From Patescibacteria group bacterium (GTDB lineage Bacteria; Patescibacteriota; Saccharimonadia; CAILAD01; BJGX01): a DNA stretch of 64,000 nucleotides. Location: NCBI GenBank assembly GCA_026397045.1, contig JAPLVO010000006.1, positions 1,706 through 65,705 of the forward strand, given 5' to 3'. The translations under genes were made by a program, and so were the position numbers. Below, piece after piece: positions 10,079-18,642 of this stretch. Numbering within the stretch: the first letter of the stretch is position 1; the number at the start of each line of letters is the position of its first letter. The notes beneath the pieces were generated by a model. The model was not told the DNA's origin and ran no database searches. It saw only the letters and a list, made by a program, of their open reading frames with translations.

Positions 10079-10247
10079 GGCTTACTTCGGCTGCCAGTAT
10101 CAGCCGATCATATCTTATAATCCCCAAAAAGTGTGCTACAATTATGGCGCACTTTTTGTTTTAGAAAAAATAAAACTCACCACCCTAAAATATAGTGAAG
10201 GTGGGGCAGCGAACATAGATTCGGGCCCAAAAGAGGCTGTTTGATAA

Positions 10248-10321
10248 GCGGGTATAGTACAGCGGTAGTATGCGACCTTCCCAAGGTTGAGACACGGGTT
10301 CGACTCCCGTTACCCGCTCCA
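10248..10321 (+). tRNA. tRNA-Gly(CCC)
   Basis: GCGGGTA...CGACC-TTCCCAA-GGTTG...GGTTCGACTCC...TCCA. Confidence 0.95.
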
Positions 10322-10322
10322 A

Positions 10323-10398
10323 GCCGATGTAGCTCAGCTGGCAGAGCAGTGCTTTCGTAAAGCAAAGGTCAGCGGTTCGACCCCGCTCATCGGCTCCA
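10323..10398 (+). tRNA. tRNA-Thr(CGT)
   Basis: GCCGATG...TGCT-TTCGTAA-AGCA...GGTTCGACCCC...TCCA; discriminator U73. Confidence 0.95.
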
Positions 10399-10447
10399 GT
10401 ACTTTATCCCAATGTTCTTATTTCTGGTATAATTAACCTTAGATATT

Positions 10448-10834
10448 ATGGAAAAATCCCCAAAACAATCTACAGCTATCGCTAACCAATCTATCTATAA
10501 GGATGGCTGGTTTTTGAGCCTATGTGCGCTCACTTTCGGAGTGGTTTTTTTTAGTGTCATTTTCGCCTTGATAAATATCAAGCAGACCCAAATCCAGATT
10601 CCGGTGAGGTTCTCTAGCCTAACTAATTTTGATCAGTTGGGGAATTGGTATCAACTATACGAAATCCCTATCATCGCAGCCATGATAGCAGCGGCGAATT
10701 TCGCCCTTGCCAATTTGCTACATAGGCGCAATAGATTAATAAGTGTATTTTTAATGATGCAGGCTCTGATGTGCTCAGTTCTAGCACTGGCCATACTCAT
10801 GGGCTTTACGGTGGTCAATTATGGCACAACTTAG
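10448..10834 (+). CDS. Hypothetical membrane protein
   Basis: Three hydrophobic segments; overlaps the start of the GT2 gene. Confidence 0.75.
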   Translation: MEKSPKQSTAIANQSIYKDGWFLSLCALTFGVVFFSVIFALINIKQTQIQIPVRFSSLTNFDQLGNWYQLYEIPIIAAMIAAANFALANLLHRRNRLISVFLMMQALMCSVLALAILMGFTVVNYGTT

Positions 10835-12518
10835 GCTATCTAAAAATCCGAATCAGATACCACTTGGAATCTCTGATAAGAGATGGTTTTTTAGGCTCTG
10901 GGAGATAATACCAGGCCTTACAAGCTGGTCGGTTCTGATAATACCAGTAGTGCTTAGCTTGGTCTACCCAATAGCCGTGGCTTACTTTATCATTGCTTTT
11001 GATCTTTTGTGGCTGCTTAAATCCATGCGCATGAGTGTTGGTCTGATCCAAGGCTACCAGGCTCTTAAGCGAGCCGAAAAAATAGATTGGCCCGCCAGGC
11101 TTAATCAGCTTATGGATATAGACTCTTCCTTGCGCAAAGCCGAATCGAGCCTGGCTAAGCTTTCTCGTCCGGGATTATTCGGCTTGATTCGTATTAGTAG
11201 CAGTAGATCTAAGTACCAAAAAGCAGTGTCGGAAGTATCTAGGCTGAGCAGGGTTTCTGAGCAAAAGTCTACGCTGATAATGCCGAGCGAAATATATCAT
11301 GTAATAATAACCGCTGTTTATAATGAATCGCTGGATGTATTAAGACCTTCGCTAGAAGCTATCCTGAAGTCCGAATATGATCCTAAAAAGGTAATATTTG
11401 TGCTCGCTTATGAAGAGCGTGGAGGCGATCAGACAGCCCAGAATGCCAAACTATTAGAATCTGAATACTCTGCCAAATTCGACGGCTATCTGAGTATTTG
11501 CCATCCAGATGGGCTCAGCGGCGAGATGAAGGGCAAAGGCGCTAATATCAGCTTCGCGGGTAAGATATTGAAGACCTACCTGGAGGAGAGAAAAATCGAT
11601 CCTCTTAATGTAATTGTCACCACCCTAGATAGTGACCATCGGCCTGATCCTAAATATTTACCCTACCTGGCATACGAATATTGTATAAATCCTAATCGTA
11701 CTCACTTTAGTTTTCAGCCCATGGCCATGTTTTTCAACAATATCTGGGACGCTCCAGCACCGATGCGCGTTATCGCCACGGGAAATTCTTTTTGGCTAAT
11801 GATGGAGAGTGTTAGGCATTATAGGTTGCGCAACTTTGCTGCGCACGCCCAGAGTATGAAAACTTTGATAGACACAGATTTTTGGTCGGTTACTTCTATA
11901 GTGGAAGACGGTCATCAGTACTGGCGGACTTTCTTTGCCTACGATGGAGACCACCTAGTGGAGCCACTCTATATACCCATTTACCAGGATGCCGTGCTAG
12001 CTCATAACTACCGAAAAACATTCCTAAACCAGTATAAGCAGCTTCGCAGATGGGCTTATGGAGCCAGCGATATTCCCTTTGTTGTCACAAACAACATTAG
12101 GAACAAGCATATACCCTTTGTGAATAAATGGCTGCAGTTCTACAGATTATTTGAAGGACATATCAGCTGGGCCACAGCAGCCTTAATACTAACCTTCGCA
12201 GCCTGGATACCTCTTGTACTCAATTCAGAATTTAATCGCCAAGTATTAGCACATCAACTACCGGTGGTAGCCTCCAGGATACTGACAATCGCTCTACTGG
12301 GACAGTTTATTACCATCCTACTTAGCCTGTTAATGCTCCCGCCTCGTCCTAGCCACTATAAGAAATCTAAGTTTATATTTATGATCGCGCAATGGTTCTT
12401 GGTCCCGATAACATCGATATTTTTTGGATCCGCCGCTGCCCTGGATGCCCAAACCAGACTGATGCTTGGGCGCTATCCTAAGGCCTTTGATGTAACAGAC
12501 AAGGCTGTTAAGAAATGA
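10821..12518 (+). CDS. Membrane glycosyltransferase family 2
   Basis: YNES, KGKGAN, TTLDSD, IVEDG and QLRRWAYG (D,D,D,QxxRW) motifs; multiple TMs. Confidence 0.9.
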   Translation: MAQLRLSKNPNQIPLGISDKRWFFRLWEIIPGLTSWSVLIIPVVLSLVYPIAVAYFIIAFDLLWLLKSMRMSVGLIQGYQALKRAEKIDWPARLNQLMDIDSSLRKAESSLAKLSRPGLFGLIRISSSRSKYQKAVSEVSRLSRVSEQKSTLIMPSEIYHVIITAVYNESLDVLRPSLEAILKSEYDPKKVIFVLAYEERGGDQTAQNAKLLESEYSAKFDGYLSICHPDGLSGEMKGKGANISFAGKILKTYLEERKIDPLNVIVTTLDSDHRPDPKYLPYLAYEYCINPNRTHFSFQPMAMFFNNIWDAPAPMRVIATGNSFWLMMESVRHYRLRNFAAHAQSMKTLIDTDFWSVTSIVEDGHQYWRTFFAYDGDHLVEPLYIPIYQDAVLAHNYRKTFLNQYKQLRRWAYGASDIPFVVTNNIRNKHIPFVNKWLQFYRLFEGHISWATAALILTFAAWIPLVLNSEFNRQVLAHQLPVVASRILTIALLGQFITILLSLLMLPPRPSHYKKSKFIFMIAQWFLVPITSIFFGSAAALDAQTRLMLGRYPKAFDVTDKAVKK

Positions 12519-13573
12519 TATTCGCAATCGGCCTAGTACTGTCCTTTCTGATTTCCGCCTTATTGGTTCCAGAGGTAAGGAAACTGGCCATCATGATTGG
12601 GGCCGTCGATAACCCCAAGGAGGCTAGTCGCAAGATACATAAAAAAGTAATGGCCAGAGGAGGAGGGGTAGCTATCTATATATCCTTCGTGGTTGTGTGT
12701 CTAATGCTACTAGGTACTTTCCCCAAGCAGTTCATTGGGCTCTTAGTAGCTGGGAGTATGGTTTTAGCCATAGGTCTGGTAGATGATGTTCGTAGGCTCA
12801 GCCCTTGGGTCAAGCTTTTAGTTCAGTTGCTGGCAGCGCTAATTGCCAGTATCGGCTTTGGGATTACAATCGATAACATCACAAACCCGTTTGGCAACAC
12901 CTTGGTTTTTGTAGAACCTACCGTCTCCATGGCTTTATGGGGGGTATCCATTAGCTTTAATTGGATCGCCGTAGCATTATCGGTGCTATGGTTGGTGGGT
13001 ATGACAAACACAATTAATTTTTTAGATGGTATCGACGGGCTTTCTGGTGGTGTATCGGCTATAGCAGCCGGTATTATATTCTTGTTAGCCATGACCGATA
13101 AGGTCAACCAGCCAGCCACAGCTCTAGTTTCGATTATACTGGCAGGGGGGTGTCTGGGATTCTTAGTATACAATTTTTATCCAGCTAAGATATTTAATGG
13201 CGACTCGGGGGCTTACTTCCTAGGTATGACACTGGGTATCCTGGCCATATTTTCTGGCGCCAAATTAGCCACAGCCGCACTGGTTTTGGGTTTGCCGATT
13301 CTGGACGCCACCTGGTCGGTGCTAAGGCGCCTTGCTCATCGTAAATCCCCATTTACTGCCGACAGAGGCCATCTGCACTACTTGTTTCTTGACGCTGGGT
13401 TTAGCCAGCGCCAAGCAGTCATGACTATATATGTTCTTTGTCTAGCCTTCGGACTTATCGGAATAGTCGGGTCTTCGCAACAGAAGATATTAGGCATTAT
13501 ATTATTATTTATTGTGATGGCAGCCTTGCTTGTGGGGCTGGCATACCTGAAACGAATCAGGAGCCAGAAATAA
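12515..13573 (+). CDS. WecA/TagO-type undecaprenyl-phosphate GlcNAc-1-P transferase (MraY family)
   Basis: RKIH..ARGGG, GLVDD, NTINFLDGIDGL, PAKIFNGDSG, ADRGHLHY. Confidence 0.92.
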   Translation: MIFAIGLVLSFLISALLVPEVRKLAIMIGAVDNPKEASRKIHKKVMARGGGVAIYISFVVVCLMLLGTFPKQFIGLLVAGSMVLAIGLVDDVRRLSPWVKLLVQLLAALIASIGFGITIDNITNPFGNTLVFVEPTVSMALWGVSISFNWIAVALSVLWLVGMTNTINFLDGIDGLSGGVSAIAAGIIFLLAMTDKVNQPATALVSIILAGGCLGFLVYNFYPAKIFNGDSGAYFLGMTLGILAIFSGAKLATAALVLGLPILDATWSVLRRLAHRKSPFTADRGHLHYLFLDAGFSQRQAVMTIYVLCLAFGLIGIVGSSQQKILGIILLFIVMAALLVGLAYLKRIRSQK

Positions 13574-13655
13574 TCACCTATATATTGTGCCAGCATCGAT
13601 TGACCACTTATTCCAGATATGGTATTATCGTTCTCAAGAGGGAATACATTAAAAC

Positions 13656-14009
13656 GTGAAAAGTAAAAATCTACAGGATTTAATCAAGAACTTGCAAGTT
13701 TTTTACAAGTGTCCTTCCTGTGGCTCTAGCTACATACATGACGATATTGCCTTTTTAGGTAGGGTTGAAGGCCACTGTTTTATGCAGCTGACCTGCCATG
13801 ATTGCTCTTTACCCGTACTTGCTACAGTGTTCCTGCAGTCAGAGCTAGAGCAAGCAACCAAAAAGTATTCGTCTCGACTAGGTCGTAAAGCAGATCTTGG
13901 CTATAAGGAACGATCAAAGTTTATAGACAGAGGAGCTATTAGCTCCCTAGAGATCGCAGATTTTCATCTACGCTTAACACAGCCCTTAAAAAACTATAAA
14001 ATTAAATAA
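13656..14009 (+). CDS. Conserved hypothetical zinc-ribbon protein
   Basis: CPSC...CHDC; GTG start after AGAGGG. Confidence 0.7.
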   Translation: MKSKNLQDLIKNLQVFYKCPSCGSSYIHDDIAFLGRVEGHCFMQLTCHDCSLPVLATVFLQSELEQATKKYSSRLGRKADLGYKERSKFIDRGAISSLEIADFHLRLTQPLKNYKIK

Positions 14010-14019
14010 CAAGGATAAT

Positions 14020-14736
14020 ATGGAAACAATTGTTATATCAGCAACTATACGCGATGTATTCGGCAAAAAGCTAGCTAATACCCGCAAAAACGGCCAAATA
14101 CCCGGTGTAGTTTACGGCAATAAAAAAGATAATAAATCTGTGCTATTAGACGCTAAGTCGTTTTCAAAGGCTTTTACTGAGGCCGGCCATAGTACTATTG
14201 TAGAACTTAAGCTCGGCGATGATGCTAGCGAAAATGTTCTTATTCACGATATTTCCCTAGACCCTATCACAAGCAACATCACGCATGTTGATTTTTATAG
14301 AGTAAACATGAATAAGCTTATACGGACAGAAATCCCATTACACTTCATGGGCGAATCGGCAGCCGTATTCCAGCTGGAGGGGACACTATTTAAGAACATC
14401 GAAGAAGTTGAGGTAGAAACTCTCCCAGCTACTTTGCCCCCGCATATCAATGTAGATATATCTGTATTAGACGATTTCGATAAATCTATCCATGTTTCTG
14501 ATCTGAAATTCGATGAGGGCGTACAGGTCCTAACTGAATCCAGCCAGCTTATTTGTAAGGTCGAGCCACCTCGTAGTGAAGAAGAAATGGCTGCCCTGGA
14601 TGAAGAAATAGGAGATGCTATCCCAGAAGGCGCAGAGGACGCTGAGTCAGCTGACGCAGACTCCAAAGATGCCGAAAAGGGAGAAGAAAGTGATGCTAAG
14701 CCCGAGGGCGAAGCCAAAGATAAGACTAAAGAGTAA
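14020..14736 (+). CDS. rplY: 50S ribosomal protein L25/Ctc (bL25)
   Basis: GQIPGVVYG, HVDFYRV, acidic C-terminal tail. Confidence 0.95.
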   Translation: METIVISATIRDVFGKKLANTRKNGQIPGVVYGNKKDNKSVLLDAKSFSKAFTEAGHSTIVELKLGDDASENVLIHDISLDPITSNITHVDFYRVNMNKLIRTEIPLHFMGESAAVFQLEGTLFKNIEEVEVETLPATLPPHINVDISVLDDFDKSIHVSDLKFDEGVQVLTESSQLICKVEPPRSEEEMAALDEEIGDAIPEGAEDAESADADSKDAEKGEESDAKPEGEAKDKTKE

Positions 14737-14757
14737 AGACTCACGCTTTTTACCACC

Positions 14758-14783
14758 AAAAGAGGCCTTCGGGCCTCTTTTTA
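14758..14783. terminator. Bidirectional intrinsic terminator
   Basis: AAAAGAGGCC-TTCG-GGCCTCTTTTT. Confidence 0.85.
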
Positions 14784-14790
14784 GTTTAGT

Positions 14791-15237
14791 TTATATGGAT
14801 TTTATGAGGCTATTCAGCTGACGCTGGTTTTGAGGCGAACTGTGTTCTGCTAGGTACCTCATGTACGCCGACAGGCTGATTGGTTTTATAGTATTGAGTA
14901 CAATTTTAAGCAGAGCCGAATCGTCGATTATAGTTGTGCGATTCGAAACAATTTTTAGTTCAATAGTATCGAGCATGGAATCGATATCTATTTCGGCGAG
15001 TTCTTCATCGCTAAATGCGTTGATCAGGCTTCTGAGCAGTATTGATTTCCGGTAGAGCGTTGTTTTATTTTTTGCGGCTTGTCTTACACTTAGCCAGCCC
15101 ATATCTGGCTTCTCATAAGTAGTAATCGCACAATGGCAGGTCATACACTCCTTGCGTCTCCAGGTTTGAGCACCGCTCTTAGTAGGGCGAGTGTTGGTTG
15201 TCTTAAGGCTTTTCGAGCCACAAATAGGGCAATTCAT
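14791..15237 (-). CDS. NrdR-like transcriptional regulator
   Basis: CPIC...TR...WRRKEC..C...TTYE zinc ribbon and a divergent ATP-cone ending AYMRY. Confidence 0.82.
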   Translation of the reverse strand: MNCPICGSKSLKTTNTRPTKSGAQTWRRKECMTCHCAITTYEKPDMGWLSVRQAAKNKTTLYRKSILLRSLINAFSDEELAEIDIDSMLDTIELKIVSNRTTIIDDSALLKIVLNTIKPISLSAYMRYLAEHSSPQNQRQLNSLIKSI

Positions 15238-15333
15238 GTATATATATTGACATACCTCAGTATAAAATAATAGTGGAAAACTATTTTAGGCTGTGGATTT
15301 ATCCATTTTCCCCTAGTTCACCTAGCCAGTTTT

Positions 15334-15375
15334 GTTCGTATTATGTTTGCTTTTACTCTGATAAAACTGTACTAT
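15334..15375 (+). promoter_or_regulatory. dinB promoter with candidate SOS-type direct repeat
   Basis: GTTC-N7-GTTT (15334-15348) at the -35 region; TACTAT at 15370-15375. Confidence 0.45.
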
Positions 15376-15381
15376 ACAAAT

Positions 15382-16659
15382 ATGAAAGCTGAGCAATTTA
15401 TTACTATAAAACCCGGGCAGTATAGTGTTTTATATGTAGATATGAATTCATTCTTTGCATCTGTTGAGCAGTTCTATAACCCAGCACTTCGGCGTAGACC
15501 AGTAGCAGTTTCTACTTCTCCTGTGGGGGGTAGTATTATCGCCGCTTCTATAGAGGCCAAGCTTTATGGCATAAAAACTGGTACTAGAGTGGGGCAGGCT
15601 ATCGCTATGTGCCCACAATTAGTAGTGGTAGGCGATAGACCCGAGCTCTACAGGACGGCGCATCGGCAGATAATGAAAATACTTCATAGCACCGTTTGCC
15701 ATGTTCAGGCCAAGAGTATAGATGAAGCCTACCTGAAGGTACCAAGCTATATGCAGAGTCGAGATCAGGTAATCGAGCTAGTGGAGTCTATAAAAGCCAG
15801 CCTACATAGCATCTATGGTAGCTCTGTGTTGTGCTCTGTCGGTGTATCCCATAATGTATGGCTTGCAAAGATGGCGGGGAACAGCCAGAAGCCTAATGGC
15901 TTGGTGTTTGTGTCTAGCGACGACTTGGCCAGCTTTTATGGAGGCCTAGTCCTGACTGACTTTACCGGAATAAGCACAGCTATGGCAAAAAGGTTATACC
16001 AAATAGGGATAGAGACGCCGCTCCAGCTCTATAGCGCTAGCTGGAGGCTACTTAATTCTAAATTAGGCGTCAATGGAGGTAAATGGTACCTAAGAATGCG
16101 AGGCTTCGAGGTGGACATCAGAGCTGATAGGCCAAATAAATCTATCGGACACCAGGTTACGACTGCACCAAGCCTAGCGGGTACTGTTGGAGAAATAACA
16201 ACATATATCAATAAAATGTCTACTACTCTTGGTTCGAGGCTTAGGAGCAAGTCCCTGGCAGCTAGTGGCCTAGTACTATATATCAGATTTGATAACGGCG
16301 AATGGTGGGCGAGTAGCTTCAAAAAGACTTCAATGTTCAGATCTAACTCTGAAATATTAGCATTACTAAAAATGTTGTTAGAAAAACTAACTTTTATGCC
16401 ATCCCCAGCAAGTAGGATAGGGGTCACGCTGCTTAATTTAGCCGCAGATAGGCAGATTACAATGGCTATAGCAGGATATGATGGCAAGAATTTATCATTG
16501 TCGATAGCTATGGATGAAATCAACCGCAGGTATGGCCCTAATACTATAATGCCCCTAAGGAGCCATTCGGCCAGCCATATAAGGCTAGATAGAGTTGGCT
16601 TCGCAGGCGACATAATCAGAGAGCAGCCTAGCCTCAAAGCTGCTGATAACTACATATAG
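15382..16659 (+). CDS. dinB: Y-family DNA polymerase (DinB/Pol IV-like)
   Basis: YVDMNSFFASVEQ, AASIEAK..GIKTG, SIDEAY, LAKMA...KPNG; C-terminal MDEINRRYG. Confidence 0.88.
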   Translation: MKAEQFITIKPGQYSVLYVDMNSFFASVEQFYNPALRRRPVAVSTSPVGGSIIAASIEAKLYGIKTGTRVGQAIAMCPQLVVVGDRPELYRTAHRQIMKILHSTVCHVQAKSIDEAYLKVPSYMQSRDQVIELVESIKASLHSIYGSSVLCSVGVSHNVWLAKMAGNSQKPNGLVFVSSDDLASFYGGLVLTDFTGISTAMAKRLYQIGIETPLQLYSASWRLLNSKLGVNGGKWYLRMRGFEVDIRADRPNKSIGHQVTTAPSLAGTVGEITTYINKMSTTLGSRLRSKSLAASGLVLYIRFDNGEWWASSFKKTSMFRSNSEILALLKMLLEKLTFMPSPASRIGVTLLNLAADRQITMAIAGYDGKNLSLSIAMDEINRRYGPNTIMPLRSHSASHIRLDRVGFAGDIIREQPSLKAADNYI

Positions 16660-16739
16660 TGTATATTATACAACAATAGCTGCTTGAGTATATTTAAAAT
16701 TGAAAAAGACGGTTATATGCGTTAAAATCAAGTTATTGT

Positions 16740-16816
16740 GGGTCCTTAGCTCAGTTGGCTAGAGCGCTTCCTTGACGTGGAAGAGGTCAGAGGTTCGAGT
16801 CCCCTAGGACCCACCA
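16740..16816 (+). tRNA. tRNA-Val(GAC)
   Basis: GGGTCCT...CTTCC-TTGACGT-GGAAG...GGTTCGAGTCC...ACCA. Confidence 0.95.
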
Positions 16817-16834
16817 GTATTTATAAGGAGGGTT

Positions 16835-17716
16835 ATGAAGAAAATTACAAAAGCGATTATACCGGCCGCTGGCTTAGGTACCAGATTCCTGCCTCAGACC
16901 AAGGCTATGCCTAAGGAGATGCTACCAATAGTCGATAAGCCTATTATTCAGTATGTGGTCGAGGAGGCCGTATCGGCTGGGATAACGGATATAATCATTG
17001 TTACTGGCATGCATAAGCGTTCGCTAGAAGATCATTTTGACCATAATTCGGAATTAGAAGATAGATTGCGCGAAACAGGGAAGCAGGATATGGCGGAAAA
17101 AATCCATCAGATAGGCGATATGGCTAACTTTGTGTATGTTCGCCAAAAAGGCATATATGGTAATGGCACTCCAATACTCAATGCCTCCCGCCTCATAGGG
17201 GATGAGCCATTTTTAGTGCTTTGGGCAGATGATTTCGTAGTGGGAGAGGTATCGAGGGCTAAGCAGCTTGTGGACGCCTATGAAAGACTCCAAAAGCCAG
17301 TGATTAGTCTGGTAGAGGTGCCTGAGCAAGATGTTAGTAAATACGGAATAGTCGAAGTGGAGTCGGCAATAGACAGCAAAATACTTAAATTAAAAAACAT
17401 TGTAGAAAAACCAACAGTTGAGCAGGCTCCCAGTAACCTAGCATCTGTTGGGGGGTATATATTGACGCCAGATATCTTGACCTATCTAGATCGTCAAAAG
17501 CCAGATAGTAGTGGCGAGATATATCTATCATCGGCGCTTCAGGAATACGCTCAGAATAATGAGCTATATGGCCTAAAGATAGACGGGAACTGGCACGATA
17601 CGGGTAATAAAGAGAAATACCTAGAGGCAATTATGGATGTTGCGTTAGCCGATCCTAAGCTTGCTGGTGTTATATATAGTTATATTGAAAAGTACAGAGG
17701 GAAATCAAATGGATAA
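16835..17716 (+). CDS. galU: UTP--glucose-1-phosphate uridylyltransferase
   Basis: KAIIPAAGLGTRFLPQTKAMPKEMLPIVDKP, VEKP. Confidence 0.95.
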   Translation: MKKITKAIIPAAGLGTRFLPQTKAMPKEMLPIVDKPIIQYVVEEAVSAGITDIIIVTGMHKRSLEDHFDHNSELEDRLRETGKQDMAEKIHQIGDMANFVYVRQKGIYGNGTPILNASRLIGDEPFLVLWADDFVVGEVSRAKQLVDAYERLQKPVISLVEVPEQDVSKYGIVEVESAIDSKILKLKNIVEKPTVEQAPSNLASVGGYILTPDILTYLDRQKPDSSGEIYLSSALQEYAQNNELYGLKIDGNWHDTGNKEKYLEAIMDVALADPKLAGVIYSYIEKYRGKSNG

Positions 17717-18440
17717 TAGGCACAGTGAGCTAGTGTTCGCCATTTCCAAAGTGTCGGAAGGCAATATGAGCTATCGATGGGGTGATAAGGCTGAGGTTAG
17801 GCAATCAAGAGAACGGTTTTGTAATAAAATGGGAATAACTATTGATGATGTTTCGTCTGTATCTCTTGAGCATGGCAGCAAAATAGTTAGGATTGATGAA
17901 GGCAATGCTGGCTTGGGCATGGACCAAGAAAACGCCAGCCACTTTGAAGCTGATGGTTTGATAACTTTGTCATCTGGTATTGGCTTAATGCTAGTTGTGG
18001 CAGATTGTATTCCTGCAGTCTTTTATGAGCCTAAAAATCACCTTTTGGTCCTGGTTCACGCCGGCAGAATGGGGGTTGAATTAAACATTGCAAAACAAGC
18101 CATAATTGAAATGAAGAAGCTAGGGAATATTGATATTGAAGATATTATGGTCTTAGCCGGGCCTGCAATATCTGCTAAATCTTATGTTTTTGATTCACCT
18201 CAAGGGGTTGATATGGATTTCTGGGCAGATGACTTCGTGATTGGTGATGACGGCAAGTATCATATGGATATAAAGTCTAAATTCGAGTCTCAATTATTAG
18301 CAGCTGGGGTTGCCACACAAAATATTGATATTAGCCCCATAGATACCTACACAAATACCAATTATTTTTCTCATAGAAGGAGCACCGCAATAAACGAAAA
18401 GGAGGGTAGGTTCGCGGCGCTAGCCTATATCAAGCCCTAA
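17709..18440 (+). CDS. PgeF/YfiH (laccase-domain) family protein
   Basis: EHG, ADGLIT, VADCIP, VHAGRMG, GPAIS, YFSHRR. Confidence 0.9.
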   Translation: MDNRHSELVFAISKVSEGNMSYRWGDKAEVRQSRERFCNKMGITIDDVSSVSLEHGSKIVRIDEGNAGLGMDQENASHFEADGLITLSSGIGLMLVVADCIPAVFYEPKNHLLVLVHAGRMGVELNIAKQAIIEMKKLGNIDIEDIMVLAGPAISAKSYVFDSPQGVDMDFWADDFVIGDDGKYHMDIKSKFESQLLAAGVATQNIDISPIDTYTNTNYFSHRRSTAINEKEGRFAALAYIKP

Positions 18441-18479
18441 AAACTTGAAAAAAGGGTATTATTAAGCTAATATATTCAG

Positions 18480-18627
18480 TATAAATAGAGCGTTTGAGCT
18501 TAAGCCTAACCATCTTTTGCAAGTTCCGAAGCCTGGGCGTACAGGGCAAAAAAGAGATCCACCAGGATAAGCCAAGTGGAACCTTCCGACAGAGTCGGAA
18601 CTTGGCATAGACGGGTGGTTTTTGTTT
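18480..18627 (+). promoter_or_regulatory. Compact T-box-like riboswitch leader of thrS
   Basis: Promoter TTGAAA-17-TAATAT (18445-18473). Antiterminator GCCAAG-[TGGAACC]-TTCCGAC-AGA-GTCGGAA-CTTGGC (18571-18606). U-tract at 18619-18627. Confidence 0.72.
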
Positions 18628-18642
18628 AAAAGAAAGGTAAAA

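Noticed and set aside
10195-10247. Possible extra tRNA or ncRNA before tRNA-Gly
   Set aside because: Only weak pairing and no T/D-arm consensus; probably a precursor leader.
18536-18552. c-di-GMP-I riboswitch-like CGTACAGGGCAAA
   Set aside because: No GNRA/receptor P2-P3 elements; the T-box antiterminator explains the leader better.
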